From NCBI GenBank assembly GCA_045837725.1, contig JBEWZL010000102.1, forward strand, positions 248,001 through 312,000: DNA of 64,000 nt. The letters run 5' to 3'. Position numbers and translations under genes: made by a program. This document shows positions 25,587-39,550 of this stretch, piece after piece. This DNA comes from Vermamoeba vermiformis (lineage: Eukaryota). The notes below the pieces were generated by a model. That model was not told where the DNA came from, made no database searches, and saw only the letters and a list, made by a program, of their open reading frames with translations. Positions within the stretch are counted from its first letter, which is position 1. Every line of letters begins with the position of its first letter.

Positions 25587-28500
25587 CTACAGGACACCAA
25601 GGATCTTCTTCATCTTCACCAACAAGGTGTAGATCTCCTTCTGTTGAACAATATCCTTGTGGAACTCCTTGAGTGCATCCAACGAGTCACGAGTGATCTT
25701 AGAGTAGAGCAAGTCGTCGTGCTCGAAGTGTCGGCCATACATGAAGTTCTGTTGCTCACCAGCTTGATCGATCTTGATAGCGACATCATCACCGGCCTTG
25801 GCTTGTGTCACAGTCTTGTGATCCTTCTCGATGGAGGCAATTGTACCAAGTTCAATGAACTACAGTCCATTTGTTAACAACGCGAATCACTTATTGATGA
25901 GAAGGGTACTTACGTCCTTGGAGGGAACACAAATGGGAGTGCCGACCTTGAGAATGCCATCCTCGACATGGACACCGAGAATAATGGGATTGCGCTTGTT
26001 GAAGATGTACTCTTCGTAGATGCGCAAGATGCACGGGAAAACAGGAGCGACTTTAGCGTTGGCAAGCTTCTCTTTCTTGACGTCCTCCCAGTAGCGAGTG
26101 AACTTATCGAACAAGTGGTAGATGATGTCTGCTTCGAATGTGCGGACCTTCATGTCTTGAGCGAATTGTTCAGCTTCAGGTGTGATCTTGACGTCGAAGG
26201 CAAGAATGCAAGCAAACTCAGGGGCCTTACGATCGTGCATGACACTGGCCTTGACAACGTCACGTTTGTGCACGGGGCCGATGTTAATGTTAGCCACGGG
26301 AACCTTGCAGGTCTTGTTCAAGTATTCCAACAAGGCTTCGAGAGAACCAAGAGTACTGGCTTGAACAGTGACACCAACACCAGAGCGGTCGAGCTTTTCC
26401 AACAAACCCTTAACGTCTTCCATAACGGTTTCCTTTAAGTCTTCCATGGCATCTTCGTCGTTTTCGATATCGTTGATAACGTACAACTGACTGCCAGCGA
26501 CGGCACCTTCCAAGTCTTGAGCAGAGATCTTGACACCTTGAGCGGCACGTACTTCCTTGTGGTGGATGTATTGTGACTTGAAGCGAATTTCTTTCATCGG
26601 TTGCGGTGTCAGTAGAGCTCTTACAGTTGTTATAATCGGTCCGTTCCAACCGCACAGCATGATTCTGTCACCTTCTCGCAAAATTCCGTTGGCAAGAATG
26701 ACGTCAACAGTGTAGCCAAAGCCTTCAATGACTTTAACTTCGAGAATGGTGCACTGAAGAGAGCTCAACTTGAGCAAACGATCAGTCATCATGTTCTGAG
26801 ACAATTGAATGAGGAGCAACAACAAGTCAGGAATGCCTTCACCAGTTGCAGCAGAAGTTGGGACCAAAGAAATGAACTTTCTGAAGTCGGGGTTTTTGTA
26901 GTAAAGAGCGGCGTTCAAGTTCTGTTCAGCAAATCCAGCAATGGTTTGTTTGACACGATCTTCGAACTCCATTTGAGTGTCCTTTCCTTGGTTCTTGAAA
27001 GACTGCAAGAAGGACATGTCTTGTGTGGGCTTCCAGCCGTAGCAACGATCGACCTTGTTGAGGGCGACGATGAAAGGAATCTTTCTCTTCTTCAACAAGT
27101 TGATGGACTCGATAGTTTGGGGTTCAAGACCGTGCATCAAATCGACCACCAAAATGGCGATATCGCACAAACTAGAGCCTCTAACACGCAAGTTGCTGAA
27201 GGATTCGTGACCCGGAGTATCGATAATCAAGAGACCAGGGACTTGGTACTTGATGTCCCACTTCAATAAAGACTTGAAAGTCTCGTCTTCACGCAAATCA
27301 GACGTCTTTTCTTTGACGTTTTCCATAGGGAAGAAAGTGGCACCAATTTGTTGAGTGATACCACCGACTTCTTGATTTTGGTATGAAGTGCGACGAATAC
27401 GATCGAGCAATGAAGTCTTGCCAGTATCGACGTGACCTAACACGACAACGATGGGTGAACGCAAGTCATCTTCACCTCCTTGGCCCTTGCGGATCTTCTC
27501 GAGCTTTTCTTTCTTCTCGGCCTCTTCTTTTTGTTTGCGAGCGCGTTCTTCCTCTTGTTTTCTCTTTTGCTCTTCGTGCTTGCGACGTCTTTCTTCGTCA
27601 CGCTTGCGACGTTCTTCTTCAGCTTTCTTTGCCTCTTCTTCTTTTCGCTTGCGCTCTTCTTCGGCTCTAATCTTTTCTTCCTCTTCAACACTAAGCGCGG
27701 GCTTTTCTTCGGTCTCGGTAGGAGTAGCAACGACCTTCTCAGCAACAGCCTCCCAGTCATCAGCCTCACCGAGTTGATCCTCCCAGTTTTCAGCTTCTTT
27801 GGGCTTCTCCTCGGTGTTGTTGTTGGTTTGATTTTCAGTAGTAGTGGCTGTCTCTTCAGTAGCCGTTTGCTCACCGGGTTTCTTGTTCTTGTTATTCTTG
27901 CGTGGTTTCGGTCGCTTGGCACCTCCACCAGCAAGACCAGGAATAACAACATTGCCTCCGAACTTGGCTGCCAATTTAGCGCGTTGTTCTTCGGCTTCCT
28001 TCTTTTTGCGTTCTTCAGCAGCTTCCTTTTGACGTTTCTTGCGTTCCTCAGCTTGTTTCTTTCGCTCTTCTTCTTGACGCTTCAATTCAGCAATGCGACG
28101 TTCTTCTTCTTCTTCTTCACGCTTAATACGCTCTTCTTCCTCGCGTTGGAGTCTTTCTTGCTCAGCTTTAGCCTTCAAAATTTGGGCGGCAATCTTGCTC
28201 TTAGGACCAGCTGATATGGCGACATTAGATTTGACATGCAGGCACAATAGGAGCTACTACGTACCGGCCTTAGCAGGGGCTTTAGTGGCAGCAGGAGCAG
28301 CCTTTTTCTTGTCTCCTTTCTTCGCGCCACCTTCAGCTTTCTTTTCTTCCTTCTTATCCTCTGCCTTGGTGTCTTCCGCGGGCTTATCTGCAGCACCGTC
28401 GGGCTTGGGAGCAGCGTCGTCAGTCTTTGTTTCATTCTCGTCTGTTAAGGAATAAATGAGAACTCGTTACAAAAATCGAATTAATTTGTCAATGTTAGGA

Positions 28501-29122
28501 AATTATTCCTTTTGATCGAAATAATAACACAATACTATAACAAATATTTGCAAATATTGTAGAATCAAATATAATTACCTCCTTCGTCTTTGTCATCTGC
28601 ATCGCCTTCCTTTCCCTTTTCACCGGCCTTCTTCTTCTTTTTGTTCTTTGAGCCTGATTTTTTAGCAGCACCACCCAATGTGCTACCACCGAGCGAGCTA
28701 CCACCAAGTGAACTACCGCCAAGACTGCTGCCAGTTGTGGCTGGTGTGCTTCCCAGTGTGCTGCCTCCTAATGTACTACCACCCAAAGTACTTCCACCAA
28801 GTGTAGTAGCGCCACCAAGGGTTGTGGGCTTTTTAGCGGGACCGCCAAGGGTGCTTCCACCTGAACGAATCCGGATGAGAATTATGTATAATTTATTAAT
28901 TATTATAATTGAGTCGTAATAATTGCATATAAGTGTACAAAAATCGATTTCTTTAATTACGTAATTTAAATAATTCTCATCAAAAAAGATAGCGATCTTG
29001 GATCGGATTGACATGATCGTACCTAAAGCAGTGCCTGTTTTAGGGGCTCCGCCAAGAGCAGTGCCGCCGAGTGTAGTTGCTGGAGGTTGGCCTCCTAATG
29101 CTGTTCCAGTTGTGGTCGACAT
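25587..29122 (-). CDS. EIF5B: Translation initiation factor eIF5B
   Basis: [62 protein letters not shown]. 5' exons joined via GT-AG introns. Confidence 0.96.
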
Positions 29123-29398
29123 CGTGGAATCATTTGATGAATGGCCCGGTAAACTTTTCCTTTTTTTATGATTCTGAGAGCGATGAAAAAACGCAGAACA
29201 GAGGCGCGCAAGAGATTCAGCCATTATTTGAGAAGCAAACCATTGTATCATTTGCATTTCAAGTCAATAAGGGGCGGCAGTGCTGCAGAGGAATGCAGAA
29301 TTTCCGAATGGCCAAAGCAGATCTTACGAAGCAACCTCATCCGTTACGATTATTATTTATTTACAGTTTATCCGAGCAAGTTACAACGCTATTGACAT

Positions 29399-30862
29399 CT
29401 AGACTTGGTCTTCAGGCTTTACGGTGTTAGTGTTATTGATGTTAGTGTTGTTGGGGTTAGTGAGAGCAGTGGTATCAATAGTGGTCACGGGAGCAATGTT
29501 GTCAAGTGGGCGAGTTGAAGTCTGTTTCACTTGTGCGAGCCTTGCATCTAGAGCCTTGAGCGCCATCATTCTGAATAAATTACAAATTAGATGGGACCAA
29601 AAGTGTTGCCTTATTCACGTACCTGCGTCGTTCAGCATCAGCAGGAGCAGATAGAACTGACGGGGCAGAAGCTAATTCACGCTCACCAGTTGATGCGACT
29701 GTGGTAGGTGTGCGAGGAGGACGCCAGACACAGCAACAAATGCTGCGGCCAAACACCCAGGTGAGGTTAGCAATTGTGTTCACAGTGGGTCTACAACAGT
29801 GGTTAGATGAGTCAATCAATGCTACAAACAATAACATACTGGGCTGCTTCGGGGAAGAAACTAGCGAAGGAGAAATCATTCGAGGGATTGCCAACAACTT
29901 CGCCGGGCTTAGCTTGGAACCAGCGCAAGTAGACCCACGAGGCAATGACACCAGGGATAACCACAAACAATGCGGCAGAGAATGAAATCAGCGAAAAGAT
30001 GAGTGTTGTAAGCACCATGATGCTTGGAATATGCTACAAGCAGTCATGTTAGTTGTCATTCGTGACTCGACTATATCATTTATTGGTTACCTTGTTGCGC
30101 ACGCTGAGAACACCAAAGAGTTTGTTGTCTTGCTCAGGATTGAGTTCTTTCATCGCAACGGCAAATCCAGCGATGACTGCTGCAAATCCTCCGACTGGAT
30201 GAAACCTAATGAAGAATGAAACATTAGACAAGGACAGTCTTGACATTCAGACTTACAAAATGTCGCGCTCAGGATTGAAAGACTTTCCGTCCTTTGTAGT
30301 GACTTCATTTGATACTTGGTACATAAGCACTAATACGGCGAACATAAAGGTCCAGCAGACAGAGTTGATAATCGCGATGAATCGGAGATACTCCTTTGTG
30401 CCCCAAAGCGGTTCTAAATATTTGCCAGCAATAATAAGCAGCACTACATTGAAGAGTAGCTGTATGATATGAATATCAGCCCTGATATCAATTTTCCACA
30501 GTTTTTGTAATTGTTCCTTACATCCAAAAAGCTCGTGTGCATAAAGCCTGCTGTAACGAGATTCCAAAATCGAAAATGCGGTGGGAAAGTACTAATATTT
30601 TAATTATTAATATAAGTGACAGTTGGATGCGGTTTACTAAAAAATAAAAAATAATGGCGCAAAAAATCAAATTAAAAACTTACTATCCAGGTACCAAAGC
30701 AAACATTCTAACAATAAAGGGAAAAATTGTGCCAATTAAATACATAACACCCATCGTAATAGCCAAGATCTTGGTTGCTTGGGGGATGTTGACAAATGGG
30801 TTGCTGAACTGCATTTGCGGAATCCCGAACCGACGGGGCTGATTTTGAGCCGCTTCTTCCAT
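29399..30862 (-). CDS. TMEM115: TMEM115 / DUF1751 rhomboid-like membrane protein
   Basis: LVPGY..P.F.FWNLVTAGF, GKYLEPLWGTKEYLRF, VAMKQL.PE-type motif, SWVYLRWFQ, FSFASFFP, DAERRR. Confidence 0.9.
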
Positions 30863-31122
30863 CGTCGGCGAGTGAATAATGATTGTTGTTGTTTCAATCA
30901 AAGTATCATAATAAAAAACGTGCTGACGTCTTCAATAACAACGCACTCGGCCTAGCGCAAGAACTGCTAAATAATCTTTCATTGAGTAAGGAAAGACTCA
31001 ATAATATGTATTAATAATATTACAGGTGATGGGTGCGTCTAAAGAAAGTTCCTTCGCTTTTTTATTTTCGCAAAACGTAGGAAATGATTCTTATGTTCCT
31101 TTAATAGCGTATACAACGGATC

Positions 31123-34100
31123 ATGTCCTCACGAAGTGAATCTGAAAGAAGTGAAAGCGAATCCAGCGCTTCATTCTCAGAGGATGAAAGCAATGAACGT
31201 CAGTCAGTTGTCGAGGGATCTGGGAAGGGTGATGATGATATAGTCAGCGTTCGTAGCACTAGCGCTCGCAGCACACGTAGTACATTGAAGAGACAAGAGA
31301 CTAACGGAAGTTATTTCGAATCTCCTGATCCAGCACCAGTTACCCAGCAAGACTATAATATTCCAGCTGCCGAAAATAACAATAATAATAATAACAATAA
31401 TGTGAGATTATGGGAGAGAGCGTGGTCATTGGAGGAATTGCGAAAGGGCACTTCTAATTGGACCCTGGCTTCTGATGCAGGAGTAAGCAAAATTATTAAC
31501 AATTATCAGTCCAAATAACCATCAATATTGAATTTAATTTAATGCTTTAACAACAATCTATTTTAAATCGTTGGTACTATTTTCGATCTGATCAGAAAAT
31601 TCAATGGATCTGTCTTACTTACATATTACCCTTTTAATTATAGTTACTCAACTACTTGCGCGAATTTTCGGATAATTTAACGAAGAGAACCAAAGAAGTT
31701 GAAAGCAATCTTTATTCGCTAGTATTTGATGTTGCAGCCAACGATACTCGCCTCCACAACACATTCAACGAGCTCTTGATGCTTGCTAACACGCAATATA
31801 TCGAAAATGTAAGTATTTAATGCTAGGACAGCCGTATATGTCATTGAAGACTAATTTTATTTTTAGCGTGTGTACGATGTTGACGAGACTGCTCTTGGCA
31901 ATGATCAGCCCGCAGCAGCCACCGAACCTTTGAGCAAAGAGGCCATTGAGAACATTTTAATTCCTAAATTCAAAGAAGCAGTGAAATACGCTGTGGATAC
32001 TTTGAAGATGGTTCAAATTAAAGAGGTTGGTGCAGGTGAAGAAGACGATCGTCCCAACGGCCAGCCCAATGGCGTTGCAGCTCACGGACCCAAAGATCCG
32101 TATTCGCGCCGGCCATTGCCTTTCATCATTGGTACTCGCGAATTTCAAGAAGACGATTATTGCGGTCTGCATTACGAAGAAGAGGACGAACCTGAGCCTG
32201 GTACGTATTGACCCACAGATGTGAATGCATCAAGCTAATTGATAAATCTACAGAGGAGGTTGAGTTGACTATTGATGCTAGTTCTGAGGCATCGAGTGGC
32301 TCCAGCGAATTTACTGAAGACAGAGAGAGCGGAGACGAAGGAAGTGTTAGCGGTGATGACAAGAGCGAAAAAAGCGAGAGCGAGAGTGAAAGCGAGTCCG
32401 AAGAGAAGGACTTGTTTGCTGTCGATGAAGGCAGTGACTTCGGCTCTGACGATGCTAAAAGCAAAAAGAAAGAGAAGAGTGCCGAAGAAAGCGGTTCTGA
32501 GAGCGAGTCTGGTGAGGAGAGTGGCAGCGAGAAAGAAGAGAAGAAAGACAAACAGCCCAAGAGTTTCGCTGCGGTGTTGGAGGCCTCTTTGCAAGGTCAA
32601 CTGAAGGGTCAAAAGGAGCCCAAGCGCAAGAAGTCTAAGTCTAAGAAGGACAAAACAAGCACCAAGACCGAAGAGACTCCCAAGCCTCAAGAAGAGCCTG
32701 CGGATTTATTTTCAGATCCAGAAGATCCTAATGGCTTGTTTGGCACTGCTAAGGTACGTGAAGAACTTTCTATTTTCGTAGAAGTGCGCACTAACTTTGT
32801 CAAAGAAAACTGGCGGCTTATTTGATTTACTCGGAGACACTCCTTCGTCAAACTTGTTTGATGGCAGTGACGCTAGTCCACGTGACAAGAAGGCAGAGGC
32901 ACCAAAGGAGGAAAAGAAGCCTGAGAAGAAAAAAGACACTTTCGAGTCGTTGTTCGATAACAATGACGATGAAACTGATCTCTTTGGTGACAAGAAGCCC
33001 ACTGTAGCTGCAGTCACCACTGAAAAGAAGGCTGAAAAGAAGAGCACTTCATTGTTTGACGAAGAAGAAGATGGCGGCTCGTTATTCGGCAAGTCAGATG
33101 TCGCCCCGACCAAGTCCGAAGAGAAAAAGCCCGAGAAGAAAGCGGAAGCGAAGAAGGCAGAGCCCAGGAAAGACGACAAAAAGACTGATAAGAAGTCTGA
33201 TAGGAAGCGAGCGGGTAGCAAGTCGACCAAAAAGCGAAAGGACAGCGCGACCAAGACAAAGGCTCAAGCTGAACCTGTCCCAGCTCCTATAGCACTGCCA
33301 GGCATGACACCCACTCCCCCAAAGTCTTCACTTCTGGACGACGGTGATCTCTTTGGTGGCTCAAAAGCGAAGTCTGGAAATGCAGCGGCATCAAAGTCTT
33401 TGTTTGATTTGGATGACGAAGATGATGATATCTTTTCGAGTAAGCCCAAGGCAACAACTCAAGCTCCCAAGAAGACACTTCTCTTCGACTACACCGAAGA
33501 AGACGATCTCCTCGGTCCCAGCACTAAGAAGGCTGAGCCTAAAGAGGAGCCAAAACAAGCAGCTGCCGCAAAGCCTGCTGAAAAGCCTGCCGAGAAACCG
33601 GCGGAAAAACCAGCCGATAAGAAACAACCCAAGTCACTGTTTGATGAAGAAGAGGATGATGATATATTTGGCACAAAGAAGGCCGCTCCTGCGAAGACTG
33701 AGACCAAGCCAGTTGTGGTAGCTGAAGTTAAAGTTGAAGACAAGAAAGAAGACAAACAAGTCGAGAAGAAGGATGACAAGAAGACCTCTTCGACTAAATC
33801 AAGCCTGTGGGACACCGAGGAGGATGACTTGGACTTCTTCGGCACCAAGAAGACAGCGGCCAAGAAGGACGAGCCCAAGAAAGAAGAACCCAAGAAAGAG
33901 GAACCTAAAAAAGAGGAGCCCAAGAAGGATGACAAGTCCACCAAAGTCGACAAAACTGTCAATCCACTTAGCAAGGTTGAAGACCCGCTGAAGAGCTCAG
34001 GTCCCGCGGAATCTCCTCGAACAAAGGAAGAAGAAAAGACCAAGCCTGCCGTATCACAAAAGATTTCTGAGCGTATGGCTGCCCTTACTTCCAGTTCTAA

Positions 34101-36428
34101 AGAAGAAGAGCCAAAGCCCGCTAATGCCGCCCCGAAGAAGGACAGCAGTTCTGTAAGTAGTACGACCGTTTGGTTGCCGTTAATTAACTGTTGCGACAGA
34201 AAATTGCGTCCCTGCAAGCCTCATTGAACTTCAATCCTGCTTTGACCATGGTACCTGGAGCTAAAATGCCCAAGCCTTGGCTTGAGACAGAGTCTGAAGG
34301 AACACCGCGCAAAGATGAAGAAGAGGACAAAGATGATGACTTTGATGAAGAGGATGATAACACTTCTTCAGTTGTCAAGTCTAACGTCACCAAGTCTGTT
34401 GAATCCCTGCCAGTACAGCCAGTGGTCGCACCCACCAAAACTACTAAGAAATCAATCTTTGATGATGAAGAGGAAGAACCTGCCCTCGTTAAGCCCAGCA
34501 CACTCGCAACGAGCAAGGTCACGAGCTCTGTTGACTCAGATATCAGTTCACTTGCTGAACCTTCTCCACGATCTTCTGTTGCAAGCTCAGTTTCATCGCT
34601 TAAAGCCCCTCGTAGCAAGCAACTAACACACGTTACCGCTGCTCGTGCCAAGCCTACCACTAAGAGGCGATTGCCCTCGCGGTTCGCCGACGCAGCCAAG
34701 CGCGATCCTGTTGTCGAGGCTGATCCTAACTTCGACATTGCAGCTAACAACACCAACGCTGTTGACTCAAGTTCAAATGACAATGCAACCAGTGAACAAA
34801 CTAGCGAACCTGAAGAGCGAAGAAAGACCTTCAAATCACCATTTGGAGGCCAACCTGATGCAGCACGTGATATTGCTAACTTGGCCAAGTCCGTTATTTC
34901 AAAGAGAAAGGGCTTGGAAGATGACACTAGTAGCAGTCAGTCCAGCGAGGATTTGGCCAAATCAAAGTCCTCGTCAACATCTATCAGCCGCTCATTCTTT
35001 GAGGACGATGACAAGCCCTCAGTCACACCCAGCACTGCTAAACAACCGGCCAAGACTACTGCTACACGTGCTGATCGATCTATTTTCGATGACGACGAGC
35101 CTGTGAGCAAGTCCGTTCCTGCCCCTACGAAGACCAGCACACCTGTAGCTCCTGTCAGCAAATCAGCAGACCCCGAGGCCAAGCCTGCTACTAAGGCAAG
35201 ATCAATCTTTGACGAGGACGACACCGGACCATTGCCAGTGAAGCCTGTGGTCGCCAAGACTGTGGAGAAGAAAGAAGTTACATCCACCAATTCATCAGTC
35301 ACCAAGTCTATCTTCGATCTTGACTCGCCCTTGACTTCTTCATCATCTTCGTCTGCTTCAGTTAACAAGTCCTTGCCTGAAGAGAAGAGCGCTACTAAAG
35401 TGCCAGCCAAGTCTATCTTTGATGAAGATGTTGCTAAGACCAAGCCTGAAGCAAAGGTCGAGCCTAAGGTTGACACCAAACCCGTGTCAAAGACTCCTGA
35501 ACCTAGCAGGGCCAAGTCAATCTTCGACGATGATGTGTCCGTCAAGACAGACAAACCTGCTGCCAAGACACCTGAGCCTACACGTGCCAAGTCGATCTTT
35601 GACGAAGTACCCGCAGCCAAGCCCGAGACAAAGGCAGAGCCTAAAGTGGAGGCCAAGCCTGCAGCTACCAAGGCTCCTGAGCCAACTAAAGCAGCCTCCA
35701 AGTCAATCTTTGACGATGTTCCTGCTACGAAGACTGAGACCAAACCGGACGTCAAGCCAGCAACCAAGCCTGCAGAGCCTGTCAAGGCAACCAAGTCCAT
35801 CTTTGATGATGATCTGCCTGCAGCCAAGCCTGAGCCCAAGGCAGAGGTGAAGCCAGCCAAACCAGCTGAATCTCCCAAACCAGCAGCCAAGTCCATCTTT
35901 GATGACGATCTCCCTCTGAAGACTGAGACTAAGACCGCTGCTAAACCAGCTGCCTCCACGAGCAAATCAATCTTCGACGATGTACCAGCTTCTGACGCCA
36001 AGTCAGCAAGCAGCAAGAGCTCTGCCTCGACTAGCAAATCAATCTTTGATGAACCTGTTGCTAAGCCCGCTGAAGCTAAGACTGCCCCGAAAGTCGAAGA
36101 GAAGCCTGCAGCTTCACCCAAGCCAACATCTTCAGCCGCGACTAGCAAGTCCATCTTTGATGATGTGCCTGCGACTACACCTGCCGCTAAGAGCACAGCT
36201 CCTGTGGAGAAGAAATCGTCCGCGGCGAACATCTTCGATGACTTGCCTGTCTCTCAGCCCGCACCCAAGTCAAGCGCGAGCAAGGCTGTGAGTGACATCT
36301 TCGGTGACACGGACGACATCTTTGGTGCACCCAAGACGACCAAGAGCTCCACATCCAAGTCATCTGCCGCGAGTATCTTCGATGATCCTCTCGACAAAAA
36401 ACAACCGTCCATCTTCCAGGACATTTAA
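31123..36428 (+). CDS. WASHC2: WASH complex subunit FAM21
   Basis: WTLASDAGLL, YIENRVYD, LPFIIGT..F..DD..GL, many LF-acidic repeats, CPI motif LTHVTAARAKPTTKRRLPSR. Confidence 0.92.
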
Positions 36429-36505
36429 ATCTTTTGTACAAATGCACTCTGTTTAACCCAGTCCAGCTGGGGCGGAATAAATAAAAGTTTATTTCACATC
36501 GTCGG

Positions 36506-39114
36506 TTAGTACGGGTAAGGATTGTTTGGATAGCCGCTGGGATAGCTTGGTTGTGGCAAAACGCTACCTCCAGTAGGCATGGGGTACGAAGGGTTAGAAG
36601 GGAATGCAGGGCCCGTGAGGTTTGGCGGCGTGTAGATTGGCAACATGGCCGGGTTCGTGTTGTAGGTGACACTGGGACCCATGATTGGATTGAACGAGTT
36701 GTAGCTCGAGGGATCGGGGTTGTACGGCATATTGGGAGTATTTACAGGGTTGTTGAAGTTCATGTTCGGCACTGACATGGGGTTTAAGTTCATGTTGCCC
36801 ATGGAATTGGTAATGTTGTTGATGTTGTTTAAGTTCGGGGTGTTGTAATTCATGGTGTTGGGGAATGACGGGGTGACGGGATTCATTGAGGGGTTGAATG
36901 GCATGGTGTTGGGCTGATTCATCGTGAATGCAGTGGGGAATTGATTGGCAGTGGGGATCTGTTCATGACACGTGTCAGACGAGTGTCGCGGCAAGTTGTC
37001 ACAGTACTTACAACTTGATTATTTACATTGGGCGGTGCAATCATCGAGGGACTGTAGGGCGCAGGATCAGACATTCGACGCATTGTGTTTGGCGGCAAAC
37101 TCATTGGCGTCTCACGCGTGACATTGATGACATCGGTGGTGGCGTAGGGAGTGATGGGCATGTTGTTAACACGCGACACAGTGATGCTCGGCGTCAGTTG
37201 ATTGATATTCGGTGACACTGAAGTCGCAGGGCGTGAAGGAGAACTGACGGCGTAGGACTGAGAACTGGGCCGAGGACGCGTGACAGGCGAAGTGTTGCTC
37301 GGCATTGACGGCTGTGCTGTGCCTGCAGGTCCGAAGAAGAAGTGCACTTGGAGATTGTCGGGCACGAAGGACAGACCCACTATTGAGCCTGCATAAGCTG
37401 CGTCAAGCTCACTCGCGCCGAGGACTAAAATCAACAATTAGTATCGTGCTGGCAGCGTGTCACTAGTGCTGCGTTGTGACGTACCAAGGTGCGCATTGTC
37501 AGCGATAAATGACGTGTGAAAAATGAAGCGGAACAGCGTCACATGCGGGTACTGCGAGGTCACTTTAGCCTGCAGCAGTGCCGAGCTGAACACGCGCCGC
37601 ACAGTCTTAGTGAAGGCCTTGGGGTTCTTGGAGAAGTGCACGAAGCGGATCTGAATGTCACCTTGCAGCTCTGTGTTGACCTCCATGCGCACGCGTTGAT
37701 CTGACTTCCAAAAGCTCGGGAAGGTCAGTCGTTTGATCTGTCTTTGCGGTTCTTCGAGCTGTTCTATTTTTAGAATCGGTGTGAATGCTCCGCCAGTGCT
37801 CGATCGTTTGCCACCGCCTTCAACTGCCGGCACGGGCTCGATCACAATTTCTTTCAAAAACACTCTGTGAAGCATTGTTAGCAGGTATTTCCTTATTTAG
37901 GCATTGGTTATAATTAGCCGTACTTTTTCGGTGAATGCGTGACACGTTCAATCGACGAAGCTTGCATCATTTGCTCGAAATAATTCACGTAGCGGATCTG
38001 CGAGGGCAATACGACACCATTCTCGTTCTGTGACCGTTGCTATATACAGAAACATATTAGTATTAAGAGCTATATCAGTAGAGTGATTCTAAAAAATGTT
38101 GGGTATAAAATTGACGACAATGTTGCGTGCAAACACATTGTAATTGAAGTTCATCGCAGCGCCATGCCACGTCATCACGATTACTAAATAAGGCAATGTT
38201 GCACGTACCGAGTTGAAGAAGCGAATGGCCTCGTCAGCACTGCGCGTCCAGCCCCCGTACAAGAGCAGCGCAGCAATCACCGTGCCCGTGCGACTGCGGC
38301 CAGCGAGACAGTGCACCACAACGACATTGTGCTGGTCTTTGCTGAGCCAGCTGAACATCTCTTCGACGATCTTCACCATCAGCGCGACTGGCGGCGGACT
38401 GGATCGAGATTGAAATTAGAATGGATATGAAAGGATTGGGTGATATAATATGACGACAATGGTCATATATAATTGCTTTAGTTATTAATATAGTTTGGTG
38501 CCTGGTCGGCATTTAAGTTTTTGAAGGTCTATTATTGGTACGGATCCTTCATTGCATTGAAACAATGCAGCGAATTGAATTAACGTAATAAACATGCGTA
38601 ATGATAAGTAATATGCAGCTAGTGTCGGTAATTAACGCTTAATACGAAATATCAAACATTTAATTAGCGCGAGGCGAATTGATCCGTAAAATAAAAATAG
38701 CTCGTAATAATATTCGCGTAATAATTGAATATTGTGCTACTTACTGGTGGTCTGGAAAGCCAAAGTCGCGTACTTGATAATTATAAGGCTTGTAATCGTA
38801 TTTCTCGCCGCTCAAATTGAAGATCAGGTAATTTTTGCCGTGCTTTCTATTTAAAAATTTTGATATTTCATTGCTGTCATTGCGCCACACCGTTGCAATA
38901 TTTTCACCGGGTATTCCCATCGCTATTATATTTTGTGTAATATATCTAAAATTCGAATGAGTGAAATTAGTTATGAACGGATCTAACGCATTGAAATAGG
39001 TGGAAGAATGTTATTAATTATTATTATAGTGACTTACGTCAAGTCGAAGTCATAATTGCCTTCTTTCAAGCGGAATTTGTCACCTGAAACCAATTTACGA
39101 AGCGCCATCTGCAT
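36506..39114 (-). CDS. PTEN-family phosphatase with C2 domain and Pro/Asn-rich tail
   Basis: DLTYIT..IIAMG.P, IFNLS, FPDHHPP, VVHCLAGRSRTG, PSQIRYV.YF, GDIQIRF, FRFIFHTSF. Confidence 0.9.
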
Positions 39115-39550
39115 TATTTCAATTAGCAAACACCTCTACTAAATGCTAAAATAGAGTAAAAATTACTAATAATAATTGTATTTAATTAATTTGAATCCCG
39201 GCGGATTGTGAATTGGATCTTATCGGAGCTTACGTGTCAAAGCGTAGTACGACTCAGTGGCAGTACACTAGAGGAGCTGTATAACAAGTATAGCAAGTGC
39301 TATAGTATTAATGTTGATACGTGTTTGTCTGTTTGTTCTTAAGGACTAAAAGGTCTTCAAACCAAATTTTTCCTTTTCGATCAGCAATTCCGTCCCAAAA
39401 ATACGCGAAGACAGATTTGATTGTGATTCAATAATGTATCGGTATCTAGTTCATTGTTTAATAGCGACAGAGGAGCGACAGATTTTGAATATTTTTGGTT
39501 TATTAATTACATCCGTTTGGTTCGCGTATTTATATATCAAACTAGCGCTA

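Noticed and set aside
28442-28452. TTCCTTAAC (minus strand) in an eIF5B intron as a second U12 intron
   Set aside because: It abuts the acceptor AG and the donor is GTAATT, i.e. U2-type.
30981-31002. TGAGTAAGGAAA resembles the U12 snRNA branch-pairing region
   Set aside because: Lacks the upstream GCCTTAAACT and a downstream Sm site or stems; it is only a short promoter hairpin.
865-36232. Long antisense ORFs (e.g. 865-1758, 27480-28214, 34937-36232)
   Set aside because: Shadows of codon-biased or low-complexity sense genes.
35040-36420. Spaced DNA repeats resembling a CRISPR array
   Set aside because: Degenerate in-frame coding repeats of FAM21 in a eukaryotic gene.
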